This document shows positions 39,001 to 52,515 of a stretch of DNA of 64,000 nucleotides, in pieces. The stretch lies in the NCBI RefSeq assembly GCF_006345805.1, contig NC_043016.1:5890001-5954000 (forward strand). The letters run 5' to 3'. Position 1 is the first letter of the stretch, and the number at the start of each line of letters is the position of its first letter. The DNA comes from Octopus sinensis (taxonomy: Eukaryota). The position numbers were made by a program, and so were the translations under genes. A model generated the notes under the pieces. That model did not search any database, was not told where the DNA came from, and saw nothing but the letters and a program-made list of their open reading frames with translations.

Positions 39001-42000
39001 GTTGTCGTCATCCGCCTCCTCCTCTTCCACTACCACCACCACCATCACCACCTCATCCTCTGCTTTTCACCCCTCCTCTCAACCTCCCCTTTAACCCCCT
39101 ATTCCCTTTTCTCCTCCTACTACTCATTTACAACTATCATCAAATCAAAATCAAACCAAATCAAATCAGATATCAGAAAGCAGAACCAAAATCGAAGTCG
39201 ATCAACATCAATGGAAATTGCAGCTGTGGTTAAGCGAACCATCCGATCGTGGCCGTTGCCAGTGCCGCCCCGAGTGGCCTCCGTGCCGGTGGCACGTAAA
39301 AGCACCATCCGTTCGTGTCCGTTGCCAGCCTCGCCTGGCCCCCGTGCCGGTGGCACATAGCACCATCTGTTTGTGGCCGTTGCCAGCCTCGCCTGGCCCC
39401 CGTGCCGGTGGCACGTAAAAGCACCATCCGTTCGTGGCCGTTTGCCAGCTCTGTCTGGCACCTGTGCGGGTGACACGTAAAAAGCACCCACTACACTCAT
39501 GGAGTGGTTGGCGTTAGGAAGGGCATCCAGCCGTAGAAACACTGCCAGATCAGACTGGGCCTGATGCAGCCTCCTGGCTTACCAGACCCCAGTTGAACCG
39601 TCTAACCCATGCTAGCATGGAAAGCAGATGCTAAATGTTGATGATGATGATGATGCAATGTCAAGACAAGGAGACACACACACACTTCTTTCAGTTTCAG
39701 TCTACCAAATGCAATCGTAAAATAATGTATTGTACGAGATTTCATGTGATGGAATGAGGCAGTCAAAGGTAAATATGAGAGGGTGATCAGAGGAAAGGGC
39801 CCCCCCCCCAATGGACAAGAGGTATAATACTGAGAATGTTAAGATGGATGACAAAAGAAATTTGTTCCAAGGAGAAGGAGAATTTATAGCACAGATCATC
39901 ATCATCATCATTTATCCACTTCTCTACGCTTGCAGAGGTTGGATTGAATTTATTGTGGCAGATCTTCAACAGTCAATTTGCCCTTCCTGTCACCTATCTT
40001 TACCTTTTTCTAAACGGGTTAATATAACCCCATGACCAGACATGTTTTCACAAAATAGTGGAAGTGAATGACACTGCTTCTACTTATACAACCATCATAC
40101 ATTGTCAAGACAAGGAGACACAGTTATACACACATGCATACATACAAACATACACATCATCAGCAGCATTTAACTTTCATATTCCAGGCCAGCATGGGTT
40201 GAATGGTTTGATAGGGTCCAACTAACCAGAGGGCTGCAATATCTGCTTTCACAAAATTTACATGGCTGGATGCCCTTCCTAATGTCACTTAAAAGAGTGT
40301 ACTGAAGACTATTTGCATGGCACCAGCACTAGTAAACTTACCAAATAACTTACAAGACAAGACCCCTTGATAAAGTGAGGTGCACAAACAAAGGAGGTGG
40401 CACTGTGCCAAATGTTGAGGGGTTAAAACATGACGGAGGGACAGGAACAGATATCTTGCTAAAGTGGAGATGCATGGCTACCCAGCAAGAAAGGATGACG
40501 GTAGTGAGGAGTCAGGCTGTACTCTCAGAGTACAAGAAGATGGATAACGAGAGAGAATAGGGACAGAGGTACTACTAGCGAACAGTGGTCCCGGTGCACG
40601 CACACACGTAGTCGCGCATGCGCACTAGTCATGACTAGTCGATCCTTACTTTGTGTTTTTGTGTTTTATTTACTTTGTTTATCAAAAATTATTTATTTTG
40701 TGTTCTATTTACTTTGCTAGGTGGTCGTTGTAGGATCAACTAGTCATGACTAGCTAGCGCAGATGCGCGACTACGCATGTGCACACACTGGGATCACTGT
40801 TCACTAGTAGTACCGGGACAGAGAATCAAACATGGCTGGGTGCATAGGTAGGTTGTATATATATATATATATATAAATTGAGGATATAATCATTAAAATT
40901 ATTATATCAGTGGCTAGCATATAAAAAAATGACCATATCAGTAAAATCAATTTTTTGAATATAATTATATACTTAAAATTTAATATATTTATACATACAC
41001 ACACACATGCACACACATGCATACGCTTGTATATATCTGTATGTTCATGTGTGTTTGTGTGTATGAATGTGTGTATGCATGTCTGTATGTGTGTGTGTGC
41101 ATGTGTTTGTGTGTGCCATAGTTGCTGCACTTAAGAAACAGGTATTTAGACAAAGTAGCAAAAGAAAAAAGAATAATCATTTTGACATACATTTGGTGAA
41201 GTGGCTGCGGCTAAGAGAGGCAAAAGTCCTCCACATGACATTATCAGGTTATCAGCAAGTTGCGAGATCATGTGTGTCACGTTTACGATGTATATGTGGT
41301 TCTCTCCAGAGTTGACAAAATCAACGACAGCTCGTGTGCTATGACTGAAATAAAGAACATACAATAAGTTGGTTGATTCTCTTTTCTATATGCCTTTCCA
41401 GTTCTACATGTATGTGAGAGGGAAAAGGGAGAGACAGAGAGAGAGATGTGTGTACCCTTATGCAATGGCTGAATAATAAGCATTTTGTATATTTCCAGTC
41501 TTCCATAAAAAATATGTTTGGTTATAAAGAAATATGGATCTTTTCAGTTTGAACGGCAGTTTTTTCTAGCGGTGTCATATGAAATTGTCACCCATAATTA
41601 TTACCCTAATATCGATCTATTGTATTTCAATCTGTTTTAGGATTAGAGTTAGGTTTAGTTAGGGTTATGGTTAGGATTAAAGGTTGGGGGAAAGGTATAT
41701 TTTTTTTTCTTCAGAAATGTAAATAAACCCAATCTGTTTCTTAAACGAGGGACATATTCATACGGCACAGAATGTTTTCACCTCAATAGATGTCATTGAT
41801 TGGTTGAAATTGCAGAAATTGAAGAAAAAAAACAACAAATATCTTACAAACTATAGAATTTTCTGAATAAAGCCAAGAGAAAAAGATGTTTTATAAACAC
41901 ATTCTACCAGTATACGAAGTTTAAAATTTTTTAGTTACGTGGAAATTATTTTTAAAAACTGCCAGTTAAACCGAAAAGATCCAGAAATATTACCTTGCTT

Positions 42001-45000
42001 GGAAGCAGATGAACATTGGTGACAGGAGGACATCAGGCCATAAAAACTCTGCCTCAACAGATTCTGTCTCATTCACTCAAGCATGGAAAGTGGACATTAA
42101 AATGAAGACAATAATGGGTCTTTGATGTTACATAGAAGTGAAGACCTTCATTAGCCTGGGGTGCCAATGTTTCTCTACTTTCACTACTCGCTGTCTTTGG
42201 CACTTGACATATTTACAGAGAACCCATTTCTCATCACCTGTCAACATTCGGTCCAAAAAAGGTTCATTTGTGAGACGTGTCAGCAAAGAAGAGCACACAT
42301 TCACTCTCTGTGAGCAATTAGACTCAGGAAGTTTGTGTGGAACCCATTGACCCAATTTGCTGACTTTTCCGATGGCATGCAGGTGTCGATGAATGGTTGA
42401 GTGACCAAATCCAAGCTTCTCTGCTAGTTCCTCAATAGTTACAATGGGATTTTGTTCCACCAGGGTAGGCAGGACATCCTTGTTAAGTTCTACAGATCTC
42501 CCAGGACAAAGCTTGTCCTCTAGGCTGTAGTTTCCGGATCGGAATTTCTGGAACTACCATTGATATTGGCTTATGCTTATTGTCCGATCCCCAAATACTG
42601 CAATAATATTCCTTGCACTTTCCGTTGCACTGTTGCGTTTAATGAAATTATAAAGCAAACTATGCTGAATATGCTCCTTTGTCACTTCCATTACAGCTTT
42701 GAAAAAATAACTGTTAAAATCGAACTGCACTCTTCAAACCTTGCACTAAGAATAAGTACAAGGTAAAATTACAACCTGCTTTTATAGGAAGTTGATGCAG
42801 GTAATTTATCCCATCCCCCTCTGACTTTTAGTTCATGTAATTGAAAAAACTGCATTATTTATGGGATGACTCAATATATTTACAATGGCAGCAAGATCTT
42901 TAAGAGCACAAATCTGCCATAATGCAGCATGAAAACTAAGGGCCATTACTAAACGCCCACTGACACCAACAAAATGTAAATTAAAATATCCAATTTCACA
43001 AACGTCATCATCATCATCATCATCATCACTGTCTATTTTTCTGTGCATGTATGGATGAAATAAAGTCTATGGAGGCAGATTTTCTTCAGCTGCATGTCCT
43101 TCTTGTTATCAATATTCATCCATTTCCAAATAAGGTAATATTTTCACATGGCCAGATATTATGTTCTCACAGAATATTGGAAACATATTTCTTTACTACC
43201 CACAAGGGGCTAAACACAGAGGGGACAAACAAGGACAGACAAAGGGATTAAGTTGATTACATCGACCCCAGTGCGTAACTGGTACTTAATTTATCGACCC
43301 TGAGAGGATGAAAGGCAAAGCCGACCTCGGCAGAATTTGAACTCGGAACGTAACAACAGACGAAATACAGTTATGCATTTTGCCCGGCATGCTAACGTTT
43401 CTGCCAGCTCGCCACCTTAGAATATTGGAAATAAACGACATTGCTTATGTATTAGGTGCAGGCATGACAGAGTGGTAAGAAGTTTGCTTCCCAACCACAT
43501 TGTTATGGGTTCAGTCCCACTATGTGGTGCTTTGGGCAAGTGCCTTCTACAATCACATTTGGTTGATCAAACTAGTAAATGGATTTGGTGAATGGACACT
43601 GAAAGAAGCTCATCATCATCACAATCATCATCATCACAATCATCATCATCACCACCCATTTTCCATGCTAGCATGAGCTGGATGGTTCAACAGAAACTAT
43701 GACGATGGACTATATTGAGCTCTGATGCCTGCTTCCTACAACAGGTTGCCCTTCATGCAGCTAATTATTTTATATTGAGTGCTTTTTAATGTAGCACTGT
43801 CACAGAGAGATCGCCTACGAACTTACGAAGTGCCTTCCCACATGGGGTAATGTGGTATTGAGGGATCTGGTTTTACACCAAGTGCTGAGAAGCTAATGTA
43901 TGATAGTGGTATGAGTGTCAATAGAGGAAATACATGATGGTAGAGATGAGGTGTTGGGATAACAAGGAGGGGAGGAGAGAAGAGAAAAGGGACAGGGTCA
44001 GGAGACCAGCACTAATGGGATCACTAAGGACTTGCAAAACTAGAGATGCTTCTGAGTGGAATATAATATTGGTTTCAAATTTTGGTGCAAGGCCAGCAAT
44101 TTTAAGGAAGGGCATCATCATCATCATTGTTTAACGTCCACTTTCCATGCTAGCATGGGTTGGACGAATGACTGAGGGCTGGCAAATCAGGTGGCTGCAC
44201 CAGGCTTTACTCTTGATCTGGCAGAGCTTCTACAGCTGGATGCCCTTCCAAACGCCAACCACTTCGAGAGTGTAGTGGGTGCTTTTACGTGCCACCAGCA
44301 CAAGGGCCAGTCGTCGGGCAGTACTGGCAACGACCTCACGCAAATCTTTTACGCATGCCACCGGCACAGGTACCAGTAAGGTGATGCTGGTATAAGTCAG
44401 CGAGCTGGCAGAAACGTCAGCACGCCGGGCAAAATGTGTAGCCGTATTTCGTCTGCCATTACGTTCTGAGTTCAAATTCTGCCGAGGTCAACTTTGCCTT
44501 TCGTCCTTTCGGGGTCGATAAATTAAGTACCAGTTACGCACTGGGGTCAATGTAATCGACTTAATCCCTTTGCCTGTCCTTGTTTGTCCTCTCTGTGTTT
44601 AGCCCCTTGTGGGTAGTAAAGAAATAGGTATAAGTCGATTAAATCAATGCTAGTGTTCAGTTGGTACTTATTTATTTCAACCTTGAAAGGATGAAAGGTG
44701 AAGTTGACCTTGGTGGAATTCGAACTCAGAATGTAAAGATGAATGAAATACTGCTAAGCATTTTACCTGGCACAGTAACAATCCTGCCACCTCACCACCT
44801 TAAGGAGAGTATACTGGAAGAGGTGAAAGAACAGATAAAAGGTGAGTTGCTGAAGAGGAGATATATGATTTCCCAGAGAGAGAGACAGATAGAGAGACAG
44901 AGAGAAAGAGAGAGAGATATGGTGATGGTGTGACATTGTGGTACAAAGTGAATATAGGTGAAAATAGGGATAAAGAAACAGAAACAATGGGTGAGTAGAT

Positions 45001-48000
45001 GCAAGTGTACTAAGGCCCCTTCAAAGTAGTGCCTTGGCATAGCCATAATCCTTTGACTGAAACAAGTAAAACATAAATGTTAAAAGATGAAGAGTAAATT
45101 TAATAGCACCATACCTCTTCCAGACTTGAATGTCAGTCTCAATAGAAAATAAAAGATCAGAGAGCAGTTTCTGATGTAAGTAGGACCATCGGAATTCAGG
45201 AATTCTGAAAGGTGGTGCTCTTGGTCCAGGGCTGAAGAGGTGTCGACTTCCAGTTGTCCCATGGCTACTTCTCCGGGATGACCCAGATGAAGTGGTACGA
45301 GGTTTGGCTCCTGAGGGTAAGCTACTGTCTGTTGGATAGTCTTGATTATCAGGGAGTTCATCGATGGGATAAGATGTTGCTGTTGTAGCTGTTGCAGACA
45401 TTGACGCCGATGTCGTAGCTGGTAATTTAGTAGATTTTACATCTGAAGTACTAGAAGAAGATTCTGATAAGGCCATAGGATACAAATGTTTATTTTCTTT
45501 ATCATTTGGTTGGGTTTCACTGCCAGGATGTTGTGTCGTGGTGTTGGTTATTTCTTCAGGGGCTGATGTACTATCAGCATCAATATTATAAACAGGTTTG
45601 CTGGCATCTTCTTCAGCAACTGTTAAATTCCCTGCCTCATATTTTGGGTCCGCATCACCGGTGTGGTAGATAATTCGGCCATCTTCCGTCGGGTACTGAT
45701 ATACCATGCGTCCATCTTCCGTCTGGTAAATCATTTCACCAGTTTCGGTGTGGTTCAAATAAATCATTTCGCCATCTCGAGTGAAATAACCTGTCGGTCC
45801 GGCTTGAGTTTCATAGCCAAGTCCAGGTGGATAAACACCTTGATCTTCTCCACATACATACGGAACCGAATCTTTGCCTTCATCATAACCAGCACCCTCG
45901 TTAACAGCCATGCTTTCTACATTCTCTTCATCCTGTGCAGATAAATCTCCACCCTCAACAATTTCATTCTGATCATCTCCTAAATTTTTACTTTCATCAG
46001 TTTCTTGTGTGTCTTTATCTTTGTCATTACTCTTGTCAACCCCACCACTGCTTGCTTCATGCTGTTTAACATCCGATTCAGATGAAGTTTCTGTATCATT
46101 CTTGCTTTCAGATTCAGTCTTTGAGCTGACAGGCTCGTCACCTCGCCCATCATTACAATTAGCATCTGTTTCACCCTTATCACTGACATCTTGCTCGTTC
46201 TTACGTTCATCTTCCGATGACACTTTTTCATTCATTTTAACCTCATCATCAACATCTTCTTTAGTTTCATCACTAGCTGTTTTATGACTTTCTTCTTTTG
46301 CTTCTTTTCCTTCTTCTTCTTCATTTTTCGTGTCTTTTTCATTGTCTTCATCAACACTCGTATTTCCATCTGCTCTTTCACTTCTCATCTCTCCTTCTTC
46401 TTCCACTTCTTTCTCTTCTTTGTCATCTCCTTCTCCTTTCATTTTCTCATCTCCTTCTCCTTTAATATTCTCATCTCCTTCTCCTTTAATTTTCTCATCT
46501 CCTTCTCCTTTAATTTTCTCATCTCCTTCTCCTTCTTTAATTTTCTCATCTCCTTCATCTTGTCCCTCTTTACTCTCAACCACATCTTTGTGCTCTTTAA
46601 CTATTTCATCTCCTTCTCCTTCACAACATGATTCCTTCTTCGAAGCAACAACACCATCATCAACATCATCATCCACATCATCAGTACTCTTTTCAGGGGC
46701 TTCTTTTTCCTTCCCATCCTCTTCAACACTTACTTCCTTTACACCATCACCCAGTTCACTTTTCTTTTCACTTCCTTTCTCTCCTTTTACATTAATATCA
46801 TCACCATCAGCATCAGCATCATCTTTCTTATCTTTTAATTCTTGCCCATCACTTTCCTCTTTGTCTTTTTCAGTTTCAATACCATCATCTTCTGCTTTCT
46901 CTTTACCAGAATCTCCAGCCAATTGCTGGTCTCTGCCATCATTTTTATTATCGTCCGATTCCAGATAAACATCATTTTTCACTGTATTAATTATTTCCTT
47001 GATGCTTTTAAATTCCTCGTATTTTTTCGATTCATCAACCTCTTTCTCCAGCTGATTACTTTTATAGTCTTCATATTTTGGTTCATCTACATCTTTCGTG
47101 TGTTCATTTTCTTGGTGTTTTTTCTCCCCAGAATCAACACCCTCGATGATTTCCTTCATAGGAGATTCTGTCTGATTTTCTGTTATTTCAGCATTGTTTG
47201 TTTCTTTATCTTTGTCGCATTTTTCCGATACATCCAACTCAGCTTCACCTTTCTCAACGCTTTCCCTTCGTTTATCAGGAAATTTACCGGTTTTCGTTTT
47301 CTGTTCAGATTCCAAAGATTTCATAGGCTCTTGGTCGGGTTTTGCAGAAATTTCAGATATTTTCACTGAACACTGTGGCACAGACTGATAATTCTCTGCA
47401 GCATCTGAAATGCCAGAGATGGTGCTAATTGGATGTTGTTTTCGTTCGTGTGGGTCGACTATGTTCTCAACTCTCTGGCGTTCGTACTGTTGGTACATTT
47501 TTGACATGTGCAATCTGAAGTCTTCATAAGCAACCTAAAAAAGAGAAAACCAGAAAAGAAAGTCTGTAATTACCTTATCACCAACATTTTAACAACTTTT
47601 TGATGCTAGTATGGGTCTGAAGAGAGTACTTTGGGAGTTATTCTCATGGCAAGATGTCCGGATCTTTTCGGTTTGAACGGCAGTTTTTTCTAGCGGTGTC
47701 ATATGAAATTGTCACCCATAATTATTACCCTAGTATCGATCTATTGCATTTCAATCTCTTTTAGGGTTAGGGGTGGGGGGATTGGTATCTTTTTTCTTCA
47801 CAAATGTAAATAAACCCAATCTGTTTCTTAAACGAGGGACATATTCATACGGCACAGAATGTTTTTTACCTCAACAGACGTCAGTGATTGGTTGAAATTG
47901 CAGAAATTGAAGAAAAAAAACAACAAATATCTTACAAACTATAGAATTTTCTCAATAAAGCCAAGAGAAAACGATGTTTTATAAACACATTCTACCAGTA

Positions 48001-48614
48001 TACCAAGTTTAAAAGTGTTTAATGACATGGAAATTATTTTAAAAAACTGCTGTTCAAACCGAAAAGATCCAGATGTACTTACTCTTGCTAACCTACACTT
48101 GTCTCTAAAAAAAGAAATACCCTCCTAGTCCACTGAGCAAAAGTCAACCTAGATATGCATTACAAGGAGAACTGGAAACAAATCACCCTATTTAAGGAGC
48201 CTTTTGTTTACAAAGATTGCACAGGCCAAGAGATGTCAAGAAGACCAGCTGTCTTAGCAATAATACTGACAGAAAGTCATTGTTTACAAACCATTGAGCA
48301 CAAGAGAAAAATATGAACATATGCACACATACACACATTTTATTTTATATATATATATATATATATATATTAAATAGAGGGCACTATTACACATAGATGC
48401 CTCACGCTAGGAGGGACTCTTAAAGTCAAAACTACTAAAATAAAGTTTTGACTTTAAGAGTCCCTCCTAGCGTGCATCTATGTGTAATAGTGCCCTCTAT
48501 TTAATATAAATATATAAATTTAAAAGAAAAATTAATGGTTTTTTTCTCTTACAAGGTTTTTCACGCTACCTACTAAATAAATTCTTATGAAGATTTTATC
48601 CTATTTTTTAATTT

Positions 48615-48646
<32 letters not shown>

Positions 48647-51600
48647 ATATTTGTGTGTATACACATACACAAACATATACATATACATATACAAGTATGG
48701 CTAATGGCTGAGAAGCTTGCTTCCAAATTATGTTGCCTCTGATACAGTCCCGCTGTGTAGCACCAAAGGCAAGTGTTTTCTACTATAGCCCCAGGAGGTC
48801 CAAAACCTAGTGAGTGAATTTAGTAGAAAAATTAAATTAAAGAATCACATTGTAAACACATACACCCATACATACATACTTGTGTGTGTGTGTGCGTGCC
48901 TTGATATTGTGTGAAGTTTGTAAATGAATATCCCCATCATACAAGTGGGGTTGTTCAGTTCCAGTCATCCATGAAAAGCATGTCTGACCATGAGGAAATA
49001 TCACTTTCTTTGGAAACAAGCGAGGGTTTATGACAGGAAGGGCATCTGGCTATAGAATAACTGCCTCAACAAATTCTGTCAGACCCATGCAAGCATGGAA
49101 AAATGGATGTTTAACCCTTTAGCATTCAAACCGGCCATATCCGGCCAAAAGTATTCTACCTGTTCTATGTTAAAACTGGTCAGATCTGGCCTCTCACACT
49201 AACCCTACATTATCATTCTAAAAATTAAGTTACCTCATCAAAATCTCATAAGCACAAGATAATGAATGATTAATTCAAAATAATGTGTATAAATAAGCAT
49301 TACATCTGACAAAATAATCTGAATGCTAAAGGGTTGAATGATGGTGACTGGAAAACACATATATATGATGGATTTCGTTCAGTTTCCATTTAGCAAATCC
49401 ATTCAGCAGGTTTCAATTAGCTGAGGACTATAATAGAAAATACTTGCCCAAGGTGCCACACAATGGGACTGAACTGAGAACCATGTGATTGAGAAACAAA
49501 CTTCTTGGTTTTAGACTGTACCTATAACCATACCTGTGCCTATATCTGTGCTACATGAAAACTAAAGCTCTGTTTTTCATGATTATCTATGTCCCTTACA
49601 GCTGCTACAAAATACAGTTAGTTGTGACTTGCATCAGTATATCTCTTATTAACTGCATGGATGCTTTATCAATAGCAAAAACAGACTTGAATTCAAGCAT
49701 GAAAATAATATAAATAAAAATTTTTAAATCCTACCTTTGAATGTAATATTGCAAGGGTGTCCACCCAGACACGCCACCCTCCATATTCAAATTTTATAGC
49801 ATGGTGCAGAAGCATTCGGAAGAGTGACATGACCATGTCTGTGATTTTTTGTTCATCAAGATTCCTTGGGTAGATGTATGCCATACTGAAAAGCCATTCT
49901 TGCCAAACGGACATTTGAAGAAGTGTTCTGTAAAAAAAATTTTTTTTTTAATATTTTATTATGATCACTGTTTTACCAGTGCTGGCTAGAAAATTGGTAT
50001 GTAATAGCTCAAACTCCAAATTTTCAATTTATGGAAACACAGATACCAGAAGGTCATCCCATATTCAAATGTACAAGAACAGGTTAAATATCATTATACA
50101 AGCATATATTTTACTCAACACTACTTCATGCAACTATAATTAATTGCGGCCATCCTCCATTCTTTGTCCCTAATCTCTCTTTATCCACCTTCTTGTATTT
50201 TGAGGGTATACTTTAATACTCATTTTCACCATGCTTTCTTCCATCATGTTTGAGTAGCCATATATTTCCTTCACAAGACATCTGTTCCTGTCCTATCATA
50301 GTTTGACTACGTGACACCTGACACAAAGCCACCACATCAATTCTGCAGCCACTCTCCTTCAAGAGGTGTTGCCTTGCAAGTCATTTGGTGACCTCACTTG
50401 TGCTGGTGCCATGAAAAAGCAGCCAGTACAGTCTGTAAAGTGGTTGGTATTAGGAAAGTCAGAGAAACCTTGCCAAAACAGACATAGGAATCCAATTAAA
50501 CTGTCCAACACAAACCAAGATGGAATAATGGTTGTTAAATGATGATGGGCTTGACCAACTTTACACATGCTGGGCAATTTACTGATTGTTGGTCCATTAT
50601 TATTCTGGTAGGGCTGTGAACAACAGATTGAACATTCATTGCTGAGGATGCATAACAACACAGAAACGCATGCATCCCATGATCCATTGGAATCATTCAT
50701 AGATACAACAGGTGAGAAAACACAGGTTGTCTATGCATAACAATTTCTTCCAGGAGCATTTCTGCAGGTAAAGCTCTTCCCGTGTTTGAATGTACATGAA
50801 CATATTAATTATCATTGTACATCATCATCATCCTCATTTTGACATACATTTTTTTCACATTTGCAGGGGCCAATGAAGCAGCTTTCTATGGCTTGATGCC
50901 CTTCTTGCCGCAAACTCTGACTTTTTGCAAGCAAAGTAATATTACCCCATGGCCAGACATAATTATGCAGAATATTGGAAATGAATGAGATGACGTTAAA
51001 TGATGATGATGATGGTGAAGATGATATATATATATATATATATAGTTAATCCAAACATGAAAACACAAAGAGAAAACACAACAACGCAAGGACGTGGAAC
51101 AAGTATAGTATTATTGGACGCTCGGGAAAGAAGGAAAGAAGGAGGGTTTAACGTTTCGAGCGGAGCTCTTCATTAGAAACATAGGAAAAGGAAAGATCCA
51201 ACGAAGGGAAGACGGAGGAGCAAAAATCGCCAACGGTACACACGCGGTCATATTTTGGCACATTATAATGGAATAATTACTATGAAGCATTGTGTAGAAT
51301 ATATTGTATAAAAGATTATGGGTAGGGCCAAAACAATGTGAAGTAAAAGGTAAATCAGAAGAAAACAAATATGTGAATTAATGTAGACTTACATTCGTCT
51401 ATTTCTTGAAACTGGGGTCATAACCCCGAAATATTGAATACAAGGTAAGTCTACATTAATTCACATATTTGTTTTCTTGTGATTTACCTTGCATTTACTT
51501 CGCATTGTTTTGGCCTTACCCACAATCCGTTATACAATGTATATTCATATCATCATACTCACAAGACTTTAGTTAATCCAAAGCAATAGAAGGTTTTTAT

Positions 51601-52480
51601 GCTATTTATTAAAGAAGTTATGAGCAATGTGTGATCGAAAATTTACAAAGTTTATCCTTTTATTACCATATTTTTAGATTAAATACACTTCCTTTCTTTT
51701 AATTAATTTTTGAAAATAAAAATTTAGTAAAATAATTTGTCATTATTACTGAACATAAGTTAACAAAATTTTGATGGAAGATTTTAATTAACACCACTTT
51801 AAAACAGGAAGTTTGTACCATAGAACCAGGTGGTTTGATATCAAAAGGGTTATTTTCCTATATTTCTGTTGAAATTCACAACCCTTTTGTTTTAACTTGA
51901 AAACAATGAAGAATTTAGTGAGTGGATGTTTAAACGATGAATTTTATCTTTAGTTCAAATAACTTTGTAATTTTGCTGCCTGTAATGTGTCACACACATA
52001 CATAAAAATGACAAACTGAAAATTACAAACCTTCTGTTTTCTTTGTTGTTATTACACATAATGGTCAAATCTGACAGGAACATTTTCTTCACTTCCATTA
52101 GTTCAGCAGAATGCTTTGACTGTCGAATCATTGTTGCGACAACTTTGAGAATTGCTGCAAGATAATGAAAAAAAGGAAACATAACTTCAGAATTTCTAAC
52201 ACTCAAATTCCTGTACAGCATTCACTTTGAATCATTCATAAAGTTTACTTCCCAAACCACAAGGTTTCAGCTTTAGAACCCACTGTCTGGCAACTTTGAG
52301 AAATGTCTTCTGCTAAAGACTTGGACTAATCAAAGTTTTGTGAGTGGATTTGGTAGATGTAAACTGAAAGAAGCCCAATGCACACACACGTCACTGAATT
52401 ACCAAGACTATCAGATGTTATACACTGCAGTGTGGTATAATTCAAAACCTAAAATAATGCAAGAAAGCACATTGTGACCA

Positions 52481-52515
<35 letters not shown>

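Noticed and set aside
41637-41690. True telomere or chromosome fusion scar
   Set aside because: Short, degenerate and internal to a MITE present twice
45663-47388. Ser/Phe-rich + strand ORFs (also 13540-14307, 19053-19358, 24441-24806)
   Set aside because: Antisense shadows of NBEA exons or the candidate exon
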